Shown piece by piece: positions 63,587-64,000 of a DNA stretch of 64,000 nucleotides. Positions within the stretch are counted from its first letter, which is position 1. Each line of letters opens with the position of its first letter. The notes below the pieces were generated by a model. It worked only from the letters and a program-made list of their open reading frames with translations. It made no database searches and was not told where the DNA came from. The stretch covers positions 71,508 to 135,507 of the forward strand of contig OZ240220.1 of the NCBI GenBank assembly GCA_965197655.1, in the 5' to 3' direction. Made by a program: the position numbers and the translations under genes. This stretch comes from Dehalococcoidia bacterium (lineage in GTDB: Bacteria > Chloroflexota > Dehalococcoidia > Lucifugimonadales > UBA3495).

Positions 63587-63668
63587 GCCCTCACCCCCGG
63601 CCCCTCTCCCACAGGGAGAGGGGTGAAACTGCTCCCTCTCCTTTGGGGAGAGGGCCGGGGTGAGGGGT
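63587..63668. repeat. GGGTGAGGG/GGAGAGGGG palindromic element, copy 4
   Basis: GCCCTCACCCCCGGCCCCTCTCCCACAGGGAGAGGGGTGAAACTGCTCCCTCTCCTTTGGGGAGAGGGCCGGGGTGAGGGG, nearly identical to copy 1. Confidence 0.8.
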
Positions 63669-63697
63669 TGCCCTGGATGAAATTCAAGGCCGGGAAT

Positions 63698-64000
63698 CTA
63701 AGGCAATGGAGGGAAACGGCCTTCCTCTTCCCGTACCAGGAAGCAGGACGACGCCTTGAACACCGCCCACAAGTTCATTCCGGGGCTGATGCCCATTTCA
63801 TTCAGGGAAGCGCCGGTTATGTGACATTTCAGGTCGGCGCCGGCGCAAGTTAGGGTAACTTCGTACCCCGGCGGGCGCAGTTCCACCCCGGCAACCACGC
63901 CGTACAGCCGATTGCGGGCCGAGGAACCGTGCGGCTCAGCGTCGGCCAGGATGATGTCGGAAGCCCGGATGCCCACGGTAACGGCGTCTCCCGTGTCCGG
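63698..64000 (-). CDS. TOBE (molybdate-binding Mop-like) domain, probably the C-terminus of a ModC-type ABC ATPase; 5' end outside window
   Basis: IRASDIILADAEPHGSSARNRLYGVVAGVE...LKCHITGASLNEMGISPGMNLWAVFKASS matches the TOBE-domain pattern. The frame stays open to the window edge. Confidence 0.6.
   Translation of the reverse strand, partial: PDTGDAVTVGIRASDIILADAEPHGSSARNRLYGVVAGVELRPPGYEVTLTCAGADLKCHITGASLNEMGISPGMNLWAVFKASSCFLVREEEGRFPPLP

Overview
High-GC (about 60% by eye) bacterial chromosomal window. Gene content and repeat types look Chloroflexota-like, but that is inference only. I call about 56 protein genes, one pseudogene and one tRNA-Arg(UCU). I see no rRNA, CRISPR array, transposase, integrase or prophage.

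Housekeeping genes: yceD-rpmF-fabD-nusB-acpP, a family-4 UDG, rnj, ftsK, holA, yvcK-like, glmS, thrB, lysC, folB, polA, thiE, aroA, comM, and a split methylmalonyl-CoA mutase with its epimerase and an acyl-CoA dehydrogenase.

Accessory blocks:
1. A peptide-type ABC substrate-binding protein and two permeases with no ATPase. These are followed by five tandem amidohydrolase_2 (ACMSD/LigW-like) paralogues, one of them broken by an 11-bp deletion. Uma2 and GIY-YIG nuclease genes interrupt the array, and VOC and FAH genes follow it.
2. Two tandem PaREP1/HEPN-like small genes beside the tRNA.
3. A fused MNT-HEPN protein inside the methylmalonyl cluster.
4. A locus of substrate-binding protein, double SagB-type nitroreductase and OppDF.
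5. Retropepsin-like protease modules and two FmdB zinc-ribbon genes.
6. A very divergent PEPCK-fold P-loop protein next to a DUF3090 plus SCO1664-type kinase-like pair of unknown function. This is my top candidate for an undescribed system.

The intergenic space is saturated with two related MITE families of 134-148 bp. They share YAGGGCT..GCA termini and carry 8-9 bp target-site duplications, and one site was hit twice. Several other palindromic repeat families are also present. Many long antisense ORFs in the track are GC artefacts.
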